From Macrostomum lignano (Eukaryota): a stretch of 64,000 bases of DNA. The stretch is from NCBI GenBank assembly GCA_002269645.1, contig NIVC01000863.1:1-64000 (forward strand). Reading direction: 5' to 3'. Position 1 is the stretch's first letter. Every line of letters begins with the position of its first letter. Made by a program: the position numbers and the translations under genes. Of the stretch, positions 43,818 through 56,202 are shown one piece after another. Below the pieces are notes generated by a model. The model was not told where the DNA came from. It saw nothing but the letters and a program-made list of their open reading frames with translations, and made no database searches.

Positions 43818-46543
43818 TCACTGCTTCAACACCCCAACAATATCGGAGTAGATCGGATTCAATCGCTCCTCTTCATCAGCAGCCGCCGAAGCCAGGGTCA
43901 GATTGCCAGTCGAGGCGGAGGCCACAGCAGAAGCCTGATAGGCGCCGTTCCGGGTTAACAGCTGCGATCGAGGCCGCGGTGCCGAGGACGGTGGGGCGAC
44001 TGACTGATGAAGCCGCTGCTGCTGCAAAGGTGGCGGCCCGGCCGGCTTGCTGAGGCTCTCAATATCCAGCACCGCATAGAGACCAGTCTGGGGGTCGTCT
44101 CCGTACAGCTCCCCCTCTTCATCAGGATTAGCATTGGGTTGCTGAGGCTGCTGAGGAGGAGGCGGCAGCTTAGCATGCATCCGAATCGATTCCGGCACCT
44201 CGTCTGGATCGATGTACAAATTCTCGTCCGAATCGGCGCCGCGCAGGTTATGGGTCTGCTGATGGCCAGCCCAGGACTGCATGTACTCGGCGTTCACGGC
44301 TGCCGCGGTGCCATTGCCGCGCTGGTGAGAGTTGAGGTGAGATAAAACACATATTAATGTGGGACACTTGGCTATTGTTGAAATGTAGCAAGCTGTGTCA
44401 GTTCAACTGGGATCTGTGTCAGTTCAACTGAGATCTGTGTCAGTTCAACTGGGATCTGTGTCAGTTCAACTGGGATCTGTGTCAGTTCAACTGGGATCTG
44501 TGTCAGTTCAACTGGGATCTGTGTCAGTTCAACTGGGATCTGTGTCAGTTCAACTGGGATCTGTGTCAGTTCAACTGGGATCTGTGTCAGTTCAACTGGG
44601 ATCTGTGTCAGTTCAACTGGGATCTGTGTCAGTTCAACTGGGATCTGTGTCAGTTCAACTGGGATCTGTGTCAGTTCAACTGGGATCTGTGTCAGTTCAA
44701 CACATGTGTCAGTTCAAATGAGATGTGTCAATTTAGCTGAGATGTGTCAGTTCAACTGGGATCTGTGTCAGTTCAACTGGGATCTGTGTCAGTTTAACAC
44801 ATGTGTCAGTTCAAATGAGATGTGTCAATTTAGCTGAGATGTGTCAGTTACACTGGGATCTGTGTCAGTTTAACACATGTGTCAGTTCAAATGAGATGTG
44901 TCAATTTAGCTGAGATGTGTCAGTTACACTGGGATCTGTGTCAGTTCAACTGGGATCTGTGTCAGTTTAACACCTGTGTCAGTTCAACTGAGATGTGTCA
45001 GTTTAGCTGAGATGTGTCAGTTCAACTGGGATCTGTGTCAGTTCAACTGGGATCTGTGTCAGTTCAACTGGGATGTGTCAGTTCAGCTGAAACCTGTGTC
45101 AGTTCAACTGAGATGTGTCAGTTCAGCTGGAACCTGTGTCAGTTCAACTGAGATGTGTCAGTTCAGCTGGAACCTGTGTCAGTTCTCAACTGAGATGTGT
45201 CAGTTCAGCTGGAACCTGTGTCAGTTCAACTGAGATGTGTCAGTTCAGCTGGAACCTGTGTCAGTTCAACTGAGATGTGTCAGTTCAGCTGGAACCTGTG
45301 TCAGTTCAACTAACACCTGCGTCAAGGCCCCAAAAGCATTTCCTAGCACTGAAATCGGTACATGTAGCATTTCACTGCCAAAGGTCAAGCCAGTATTTAA
45401 AATGAAACTTTTACAACAATAACCAACCATCAAGAGTCACCTCCGAAATGCTTGATTTAAAAGGCTTTTTAAAGGTCTTTTTATGCTTGGTTTCAAATTG
45501 GTACCAATGGTACATTCTATATTTTGCGGGCAACGAAGTCAGTGTTAGCGAACTTAAACAGGTAACAGGTTAACCGGCAGGTTGTGCGCAACAAAATCAG
45601 TCTGTAGAGCCTATTTTAGTTTTATTTATCAACATAGTCAAAATCTAACTTTCGAAAGAGTTTAAAAATGTAGTATAGTAAGACAAAACGTACTCGGTGC
45701 GCCTGACTCTTGAGATAGGTAAGAATACGGAGCTGAGAGTGAGAAGGGATGGGTGGTTGGGGTGAGATAAGAATAAAGGTGTACTGGGAGCCTACGTTGA
45801 GATGGTGAGATAAGGGTAAGACAAGGGTGAGATGGTGAGATAAGGGTGAGATGGTGAGATAAGGGTGAGATGGTGAGATAAGGGTGAGATGGTGAGATAA
45901 GGGTGAAATGGTGAGATAAAAGTGAGATGGTGAGTTAAGGGTGAGATAGTCAGAAAAGGGTGAGATGGTGAGATAAGGGTGAGATGGTGAGATAAGGGTG
46001 AGATGGTGAGATAAGGGTGAGATGGTGAGATAAGGGTGAGATGGTGAGATAAGGGTGAGATGGTGAGATAAGGGTAAAATGGTGAGATAAAAGTGAGATG
46101 GTGAGTTAAGGGTGAGATAGTCAGAAAAGGGTGAGATGGTGAGATAAGGGTGAAATGGTGAGATAAAAGTGAGATGGTGAGTTAAGGGTGAGATAGTCAG
46201 AAAAGGGTGAGATGGTGAGATAAGGGTGAGATAGTCAGAAAAGGGTGAGATTGTGAGTTAAGGGTGAGATAGTCAGAAAAGGGTGAAATGGTGAGTTAAG
46301 GGTGAGATAGTCAGAAAAGGGTGAGATGGTGAGATAAGGGTGAAATGGTGAGATAAAAGTGAGATGGTGAGTTAAGGGTGAGATGGTGAGAAAAGATTGA
46401 GAAAGGTGATAAAGATGAGATTAGAGATAAGGGTGAGATGTTAGATAATAATATATACGGGGATGAGAGCTCTCAAAGCACCCCGCCCCTTCATCACTCA
46501 CCCTAGGTCGCCATTTGCCATTGCGAAAACAGCAGCAGAGCAT
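43818..46543 (-). CDS. Uncharacterised Tyr/Pro-rich adaptor-like protein, form A, 181 aa. Exons 46502-46543 (MLCCCFRNGKWRPR) and 43818-44321
   Basis: Donor AGG|gtgagt and acceptor ctcaccag|CGC are both phase 0, and the intron is filled with minisatellites as in the other genes here. The terminal exon ends PIYSDIVGVLKQ*. Confidence 0.7.
44394..45312. repeat. 21-bp minisatellite (gtgtcagttcaactgggatct) and derivatives, intronic
   Basis: Direct inspection. Confidence 0.93.
45795..46440. repeat. 19-bp minisatellite (ggtgagatggtgagataag), intronic
   Basis: Direct inspection. Confidence 0.92.
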
Positions 46544-49500
46544 GTTGGCTTTGCTCGTCAGCGATTTTTTTTTCTTTTTCTTTCAAGCCAGCCAAAATCG
46601 ACACAATTTGAGCAAATTTAAAGCTTTTTTTAAAAAGCTTTCTGTAAACAACGAACAAGAAGACATGAATTAAAGAATTTTAATTGCGACCAGTTACAAG
46701 CAAACCCCTCCTGTAGCTCGACAACCAACACTGTTTATACATGAAAAAGCAGTCACATTTGACAGTAAATAATTTACGATGACTGCTAAAAGTTTACGCA
46801 GGAATTCTACATCTAGATATTATTCGAAATCTACAATGTAAACAATTAGTCTAGGGGGTTGAAATGGACACAAGGCATGAACTAGAGTATCAAGTCCTAT
46901 TGATTGAAGGCCTGTGATCAACAAAGTCAGAGCTGGTGCGGACACCATGTGGTCAACCAGCTGATGAAATTTGGAGGCTTGGCAAGGCTGCATTGAGGCG
47001 CAGTGCTGATTGGCGCTTATTAGGCAGGTCTCAGGCATCTACCCTGCAGTCCTAGCCAGTCACCATGTACTATGATGCTGCCCTCTCTAAAGGGTTGGCC
47101 AACTTGAGTACCTAGACAGGTGGTTTTACTGGTTTTCTAGTAGTTTCTATGCTATAAAACTAGCTAATATGCTACCTAGATGGTAGGCCAATATAGGCTT
47201 GAGCATTAGCTCAATGTCTTTGTAAGACCTTTTGGAATAGCACTTCCAAAACAGACAAATGATGACTTATTATCTACATAATTAGTCTGCCCATACATGC
47301 GCAACACCCAGCTGACCTGCATGACCCAGCTAGCTGGCAAGGGGCCCTAGCCAAAGTCACAAAATACCCGCCCAAAAAATAAATATGTAGTACTAATTAG
47401 ATGATGAGGCATTTTAGCCCTAATAATATAGTGATAGTTACTCCTGCCATTTACCCCCCAAAATTGTTAATTTTTGCTTTAGGGTTTCTTTCATAGGTAA
47501 GTTGAATTTTTGGTCAAAAATTTAATACAATGACCAGTGTAAATCAGGGAGGTTGCACATGTATGTGTCTGATCCAGTGCTCTAGTATGCAGCAGGGCAT
47601 TAATGTTCCATGGCTCTGATAAGGCTTCATTGCAAATTGGCAACACAATTGATACCCTAGCCACTAGACAGAATCATAAATCATAACCATTTATTTCAGA
47701 TTTCTCATGAACCTAGCCCTACTAAAGATTAGTGTGCTAGCCACCATATAGGCCATTAGCATTACATGTATGCATCTATAGGCTACACTCAAGATCATAG
47801 CATTTGTGCCAGAAATTTCTAGTGCACTTCTGTGATAGCTAGTGCATACTTGTTTTACAAATTCTTTTTGAAGTATTGTGGTGCACATGTACCTGAATTT
47901 TGAAATACAGCCATTCATTAATGGCACATAGGCACTAACTCTAGACCAAGAAGAGGCTGCACCATGCTATTATTGTTTGTAAAAGCACAGAAAATCACAT
48001 TTAGGTTATGAAAGGTTTGGTATTCTAAAAACATTTAATAAGAAAATTTGTACAGTATAAAGTCATAAGTATATAGTTTAACAATGCTTTTGTAAATATA
48101 TATATATAGGATAAAAGCTTTATAAATGTTTGTGTTAATGCTGGAATAAGCTGAGGGCTAAGAGATTTTGGACAACTGCTGACACACTTAGCACACTAGT
48201 ATATTTTGCCTATTGTACCTGGTATACAATTGAAAATATTTTGGGTAAATTCTAGTATTTATATAACATGATCCTACCCTAACTATAGCATATAGTAGGT
48301 ATACCAAGGCATGTGCACATTTGCTTGCATTTGCCTAATTTTCTTAGGTATGCTAGATGCCAGATACAATTACAAAACTAAGACTTATTCTAATGTAGCA
48401 TTTTTTATAATAATTATATTCATTAGGCAAAAATAATACACATTAAATTAAAAATTTGTTTAAATGCTTTATTATAAACCTAAAAACCAGAAAGCTTGCA
48501 ATTTACTTTTTAAAATAAACTTCTCAATCTTTTTTCTACTTAACAAAATGTATAGGCCTATTGTATGATTCTATAAAGTGAATGCAAAGTATATATATTT
48601 ACACTTTTCTTAAGAGTAGGCTAATGTATACCAAATGTACACATCAGCATGTCTAACTTTTGGTATGCAAGGCAATTGGACAAAAAATTTTTGGGGAATT
48701 TATTACATGATCCAAACTATAGGTCTAGGGCCCATGGCTATATGTTTTTATTAGTTCTATCTGACTATAATTATATTGGCTTATTTATATTATCTTATAT
48801 CTAGCCTGCATAGTTAGAATACTAAACAATTTGCCAAAAGTCAATTTGACAAAAAACTAATCAGCAAACTAATATCTACTAATAGCAATATATGAATCAT
48901 GTATCTAGTATTGATAGTTGGTCATTGATATGCTAAAGGTCCTAAGTTTGATTTTTCAGTTGTCATTGCTAAGAATTTTTTAAACTCATTATTCAATTAT
49001 AGAACATTTCTTCTATAACTCACTAAAATAGTCAATAGAGAGCAGTTTTTTAATTCTATGAAAATATTCATTCTTTTATTTTACAATACCCACATTTTGT
49101 ATGAAACTCATTATATGGTACCCAATTAAAAATAATAAGAAATAGTAAAAAATATAAAGAAACAGAAGTCTTGAAAGGGGCTTAAGGCCTATAAATGGTT
49201 AGCTTATGCTATTTATATTTGTTAGCAAACAAAATTATTAGGTCTTTGCCACAATGCAAAAAGTCATTTATTGTCAATTTGTCACTAGATTTAAGATTAG
49301 GGTGTGCATTTAATTTTTTGGCATTTATTTGTAGGTCCAATTAATAATTATTCAATTTTTGTTTGGGAACACCTAGCCAATGTGAAAGAATATGTTTCAC
49401 ACAGAAAATAAAAAATTAAATGCGTATAGATAAAAAGTTTATCTAATTTTTTTTGGCTTTGAAGGAGCTTTAGTAAAGTAATGTTGGCACTAAATAAAGA

Positions 49501-51522
49501 TACCAATGCTATATTTAAATTCAACAATATGCACTTTTTTGGCAAAAATATTGATTGTTCTATATGACCTTTCTTGGTCAATTTTTTGTTTTGCATGCTT
49601 GATGTATGAAGCATACCCTGGGCCATAGTCTAGATCATGCTAGGTGCACGCCCAAACAAAATCAAGTAGTTACAAATGCATGCCAAAAAATTTTTGTGCA
49701 CACCTATTCTTAAAACTACGCCAGTGTGACTTTAATGACTAATAAATGACTTTTTACACTATGACAAAATGACATTTTTTGAATTGTATAATAGACCCTT
49801 ATTGGCATTTGGCAAGTAATTTGGTTAATTTTTCTTTTTTTCAAGCAAAGTTGATGCAAGCAAAGACATTTTTAAATGCTTTGTTACAAGCTTAAAAAAC
49901 CTGGAAAAGCTTAAAATTTACACTTAGAAATGAACTTTCATCTTTTTTCTACTTCACAATAACTTTTATTTGTTATTCTATAAAGTGTATATTAAGTGTG
50001 CATGCATAATTTTTTCATTTTTCATCAGGAATGCTGCATGCCAACTATGCATGCAGCATGCCTACTTTTAGGATATATGGACAATGCACACTCAAATTTT
50101 CAGACATACTATATGAGCCAGAATATGGACCCCCCCCTAGGCACCAAACATGATCTATAAGATGGCCCTATGCAGCCTGAGCCTGGTTTATTCAGAAATA
50201 GAAAGATCTTAAAAACTACCCATAGGGGTCTACATAGGCACATGACCAAGATGGCTACATATCAAGATGGCCATAGCTCTAAATCTAAATGTATGAATAG
50301 ATAATGATAATCCTATGTATATATATGCACTCATTTCTTGTTAGTATTAATTTGTATTAGATATACTATATCATACTATAGATCTTTAAGTCTTGGGGAA
50401 ATGGATGCTATAATAGAATTATTTTAAATTAAGAACATTCCCTTTGGCTTTAGCTAGCCTAAATTATTATTATAGCCTGACCTATATTTATCTACTACAT
50501 AAAGCAAGTAACCTAGCACAAAATAAATACCTTATTGCATATATATCATATTTTCTATAGCATTACTACTAGCAATGGTTTCTTGATAAACTAATAGGGT
50601 CCAGTGATGGATCTGATAGGTCTAAATGCAATAAATTGGCATAAACACAGAAAAAGATTAAAGTTTTGTATTATGGATAATTAGTTTCAATTCTATTATT
50701 GTAACCTACCTGAGCCCACCATTAGTATTTATAGGGCCTAAATATTAATAGGCCTATGATTGATTAAACATTTGTTAATATTACAATAATTATTAAGTTG
50801 CTAATTAATAGTACAAAGAGAAAGAGTAGATATAATAGAGATTCAATGTTGTGGCCATCTTGGTATATGGCCATCTTGGTCTTCCAAGTCTAAAATCTAA
50901 AGCCAAAGGGAATGAATCTAATACAATTCGCGCCGAACATTATTAATCGCGCATTCGCGCCACGCCATATTGCCTCATTTTCGGCATGGCGAGAATTCAC
51001 GCCAGAGTGGGAACACTGAATATGTCATTGTGTTTCTTTTTAACTTGAAAAAATGATAGGATAATTTGGTATAATGATAGGTCTGGGACGATCTAGGTCT
51101 AGGATGTCTGAAATCTAAAATGATATAGTTTACGCGTGCGTTTAAATAGTTGTCGGTGATGTCCTGTGAACCGTATTGAAATTTTGAATAATTAAAAGCA
51201 ATAGTGCCTTCACTGCTTTTAATTAAAATTTGCTGCGTTTTTAATAGTTTTTTTGTAAAAATTTAAATTCTAGCTAATTAGAATTAAAAGCTATATTCTT
51301 TTAAAAGCCATTGCACTTTTGTTTTAGAAAGCATCAATGTTTAAGATTTTTTAATTCTTGAAGAAATTTCCAGAAACTCAACATTTGTCGTCGGACGTCG
51401 TAAATATTCAAAAAGTCAAAAAATCTTGAATTTGTATTGAAATCGACTAGCCTGTATCTATTTTCGGTGAAAAACTATCATATAAATTTTTACTGACTAG
51501 ACCTAATCTAGCAGACCTGTAG

Positions 51523-54500
51523 ATGGCGGAGTACTTGGCTTCAATTTTCGGAACTGAGAAGGACAAGTAAGTATTAAGTGGCTTTTGCCCTAGAAAAATC
51601 TAACATGGGTCTACACAAGGTCTCTGAATTGTGATGCATTCGGTGCACAACTGTGGCACATACTGACGTTCCTGGTGCATGCAGCGCAACTTTTTTGGAA
51701 AATTTGTTGTAAACCATAGTCAGGAAACCTTTGCCACAGAAAAATAAATTCTAGCACACACAAGGCCAAGGGCCCTATTGCACAGTTGCACTTGGTACAC
51801 AATCGTCAATAATGACATACAAGGGATCCCTTATGCTTTCAAAGTGCATTATGGAATCTAGAATTATAGAATATTTCTCAAAAGACAACCTGTTATAAAA
51901 TGGCTACCTAGCTTGACTTTGTTGCAAAGAGGCTTCAAGTAGGCCCTGGATGGAATTCTTGCAGAAAAATCACAAGGCGTTATGCAATTGAGCAAAAAAT
52001 GCGCTTTTTGCGTCAAAAAATCTGGAAAAATGCATCACAGAATTTTAGACAAAATTTCTAATTCTTAATATATGCAAAAGTGCGCTTGAGATATTGGATT
52101 TTGCAAAAGATAATCCTACTAACTAAGATCACAAAGAAAAAAAGAATAAAAAGTAAAAACTAAATAAGGCACAAAAGTAAAAATTCGAAAAAAAAATTCT
52201 ATAAAAAGTAGAAACTTGTAATATTCTCTAACATACGTATTTGGACAAAAATTATAATCACTACATTTTCTTAGAATACATTTTTCATTATTGTCTTTTG
52301 TTATTTTGTTATTTTGTGATGTGCTAAGTACCAAAATAAAAAATGCAACCAATAAAAAAATTTTGCGCGCCATAAAAAAATTGCATAATTCCGTTTGACT
52401 TCAGAAATACAAGAATTCCATCCTGGAAGTAGGCCTATGCAGATATAGTAGGATAGGAAATCATTTATGTCCATTCTAATAACCCCTAGCAACCATGGGC
52501 AGTTGGTATTGCAGTGTTATATAGAAAGATATAGTAGTGCCAATGATAGTCTTTGCAGTGCAGCCCTTTTCCTAGTAGTGCCTAAATTATAATTAAGCTA
52601 ATAGAAATTCTTAGTCCTGAAAAAATTCAGAAAGTCTGTTTATTTCAAGGCTATCTTAGTATAATTTTTAATAGTATTATTTTATCTTGATACCTAATTA
52701 TATTATTTTAAATGAACCCTTGACCAAAAGCAACCTATTATTATAAAAATATCTTCACACAAATGTTCCATGGGCTATAAGGTATACAGAGAAATCAAAC
52801 ATTTGAAAATGCAAGTTAGATTAACAAAAAATAATTATGTGCTTTATGACAAATTTGCCAAAAAGACATGGCATGTGCATTAGGAACCCCTTGCATGCAT
52901 TAGATTTTGGTAAAGGTGGAAGGTGACCAAGGTAGGTGAGCCTGTCTGGAGTTAAGGTGGGACATGTAACAATGAAGTGCTCTGCATTCTCAACATCTAG
53001 AGAGGCAGAATAGGCATTCCTCAGTGATTGTAGATTTTTCCCCAGAGGTAGCAATGCTTTGCAAAATAGCCATGATGGTCTGTAACTGGCTAGATCTTGC
53101 ATAAAAGCTTCTTCACTGATATAGGTTGTACAATATCCAAAAATAATTTTTTTTATTCATTTTAGAGTGAACTGCTCCTTCTTCTACAAAATTGGTGCTT
53201 GCCGCCATGGTGAGCAGTGCTCCCGATTGCACAATAAACCAACATTTAGCCAAACTGTTGTGTTGCAAAATTTGTACATTGCGCCAGCTAACACTGCCCA
53301 GACTGCTGATGGCTCGCATAGTAAGTTTTATAGATTATTTGATTTTGTTTTAATACAATTCACAAAATATAAGTAATGTTTTGGGATCTGTCAGGTTGTT
53401 GGATTTCAGATCTGCGATGTGTCACAATGTGGGATTTGAGATTTGAGATCTGTCAGATTGTGTGAGTTGGGATCTGAGATCTGTCAAGTTGTGTGATTTG
53501 GGATCTGAGATCTGTCAGGGTATGGGATTTGGGATCTGATATCTGTCAGGGTATGGGATTTGGGATCTGAGATCTGTCAGGGTATGGGATTTGGGATCTG
53601 ATATCTGTCAGGTCGTGGGATTTGGGATCTGAGATTTGTCAGGTTGTGGGATTTGGGATCTGAGATCTGTCAGGGTATGGGATTTGGGATATGAGATGTG
53701 AATATATTTAGTATTCCGGGTCTGTATTGAGCTCGTCATGCTCTCCGCAACAGCAATAAATCATATTTGCATTCCAATACCTTTTCGTTCCGCATATTTC
53801 CAGTCACCACCAGCGAAGTCGAGCAGCAGCAGTTTTTTGACGATTTCTTTGAAGAAGTGTTCGTTGAAGCCGAAGAGAAATACGGAGAAATCGAAGAGAT
53901 GAACGTGTGCGACAATCTCGGCGACCATCTGGTTGGCAATGTCTATGTCAAGTTCCGGTTTGAGGAGGACGCCGATAAGGCTGTTCAGGTGAGTTGCTGG
54001 TATTTTTTATGAACTTGTGTGAAGCTTCGAGCTTGTGTGACACTTCGAGCTTCTGTGAAGCTTCGAGCTTCTGTGACACTTCGAGCTTCTGTGAAGCTTC
54101 GAGCTTTTGTGACACTTCGAGCTTCTGTGAAGCTTCGAGCTTCTGTGACACTTCGAGCTTCTGTGAAGCTTCGAGCTTCTTTGACACTTCGAGCTTCTGT
54201 GAAGCTTCGAGCTTCTGTGACACTTCGAGCTTCTGTGACACTTCGAGCTTCTGTGAAGCTTCGAGCTTGTGTGAAGCTTCGAGCTTCTGTGACACTTCGA
54301 GCTTCTGTGACACTTCGAGCTTCTGTGACACTTCGAGCTTCTGTGACACTTCGAGCTTCTGTGACACTTCGAGCTTCTGTGAAGCTTCAAGCTTCTGTGA
54401 AGCTTCGAGCTTGTGTGAAGCTTCGAGCTTCTGTGAAGCTTCAAGCTTCTGTGACACTTCGAGCTTCTGTGACACTTCGAGCTTCTGTGACACTTCGAGC

Positions 54501-54949
54501 TTCTGTGACACTTCGAGCTTCTGTGACACTTCGAGCTTCTGTGAAGCTTCAAGCTTCTGTGAAGCTTCAAGCTTCTGTGAAGCTTCGAGCTTGTGTGAAG
54601 CTTCGAGTTTTAAAACCACCCCATCCGCTTGTTGATGCCATCGCAGGACCTGAACAACCGCTGGTTCGGCGGCCGCCCAGTTCACGCTGAGCTGACTCCG
54701 GTGACCGACTTTCGCGAGGCCTGCTGCCGCCAATACGAGATGGGAGAGTGCACCCGCGGCGGCTTCTGCAATTTCATGCACCTCAAGCCGATCTCGCGCG
54801 ACCTGCGCCGCAGGCTCTACAATCGCAGCCGGCGCAAGCACAACGCCGGCTCTGGCGTCGGCTCCAGGCGATCTCGCAGTCGCAGCCGTGAGAAATGGGA
54901 ACGCGAGCAGCGAGAGAAACGGCGCAGACGGGATCGGGACCGGCACTGA
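51523..54949 (+). CDS. U2AF1: U2 snRNP auxiliary factor small subunit (U2AF35), 228 aa. Exons 51523-51566, 53166-53320, 53804-53988, 54647-54949
   Basis: [33 protein letters not shown] domain ([21 protein letters not shown]), second CCCH finger ([21 protein letters not shown]) and RS tail. Phases are consistent (687 nt). Confidence 0.97.
53385..53700. repeat. ~30-bp gggatttgggatctgagatctgtca repeat, U2AF1 intron 2
   Basis: Direct inspection. Confidence 0.85.
54015..54608. repeat. 18-bp minisatellite (cttcgagcttctgtgaca/gaag), U2AF1 intron 3
   Basis: Direct inspection. Confidence 0.96.
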
Positions 54950-55364
54950 GGAACGACAGCTGGGAAAATTGTCTTCAACACTGAAGTCTAGGAACCCGAG
55001 GTGTAGCAGTTTCTCAACAGATTTTATCGACAAAATAAAATCAAAGTGGAATGGGATTCTCTCTGTGTGCTTTGACAGTTATGCCAAGTTGTGTGCGAGA
55101 ATCTGGTCTGAAACTGTAATATCCATGTTGTTTGTAAAGTTGAAAAAATGGGTAAGACCACAGATACTATAATAGAGGGATATGCCAACTAGCAGTTAAA
55201 TTTCTGAAAAAGACTCTGTTTACTCTGTTTCAGTAGTTTGTCTGCGCAGTGTCACTTAAATTTAATTATGGAAGCTAAAACTTCTTTCCTTCCTCGAGGG
55301 TTAAGTATGAACAACAAAAATCGATGTGCATAGTGAACGCAATACGGGTAAAAGTCAGTCTTAT

Positions 55365-55655
55365 GGGGTAGGTCCCAATGTAGCTCATCCAATGAGAGAG
55401 CTGTAAGAGGTCCAAGTCAGACGGACGAAACTCAGCCTAGGGGGCAGGGCCCAATCTAGCTCAGCCAATGAGAGAGCAGTAAGGAGAGAGGTCCAAGTCA
55501 GACGGACGAAACTCAGCCTAGGGGGCAGGGCCCAATCTAGCTCAGCCAATGAGAGAGCAGTAAGGAGAGAGGTCCAAGTCAGACGGACGAAACTCAGCAT
55601 AGGGGGCAGGGCCCAATCTAGCTCAGCCAATGAGAGAGCAGTAAGGAGAGAGGTT
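55365..55655. repeat. 81-bp tandem repeat, about 3.5 copies, between the convergent U2AF1 and SLC6 3' ends
   Basis: Direct inspection; each unit has agccaatgag and gtcc..ggacgaaac. Confidence 0.9.
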
Positions 55656-56202
55656 AAAGTTAAACAGTCTAAACTATAAATGTAAAAAAACGCAATTTTT
55701 ACTACTGAAAAAGTAGATAAGCGCATTATTGCAAGTGACATATCTAGGTATTCTAGTATCTGCGAGTTGAGACTTAATTATGTTAAAAGTCTGAGGTTGA
55801 AACGGCTACCAGTGACTTCGTAATGCTTTGCATATTTGTTATAAATGTTGTGTCAGTAGTTGACTTTCGTTAGTCAAGTAGATAATTTAAGTCACCAAGC
55901 CAAGCACGCTAATTAACTTTACTGACAATAAAAAACAATAACTATCTTATAATAATGTCCATGTTAGTATAATAATGATAATAATCACGTTTATTTCAAC
56001 CATTTTTAATGTTGTTGTACAATATAATCACAATTATCAAAGCTAATAAAAGCAAAACAGCAATTTAACAGTTTCGTGTGTAAATTATTTTTGCTGTAAC
56101 TATCATCCACAAAACCCTTTATTTGTTAGTTAATAGGTTATATTTAACAATAAATCACTGCGTTTCTGACCCTGCCTCCAGCCGCAGGTCGATGTCAGTC
56201 AG

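Noticed and set aside
50930-51019. cagagtgggaacactg, resembling a hAT terminal inverted repeat
   Set aside because: No partner end or TSD found in the window.
53410-53430. Possible U2AF1 micro-exon (tttcag|atctgcgat|gtgtca)
   Set aside because: Weak donor, embedded in the gggatctg repeat, and the protein aligns without it.
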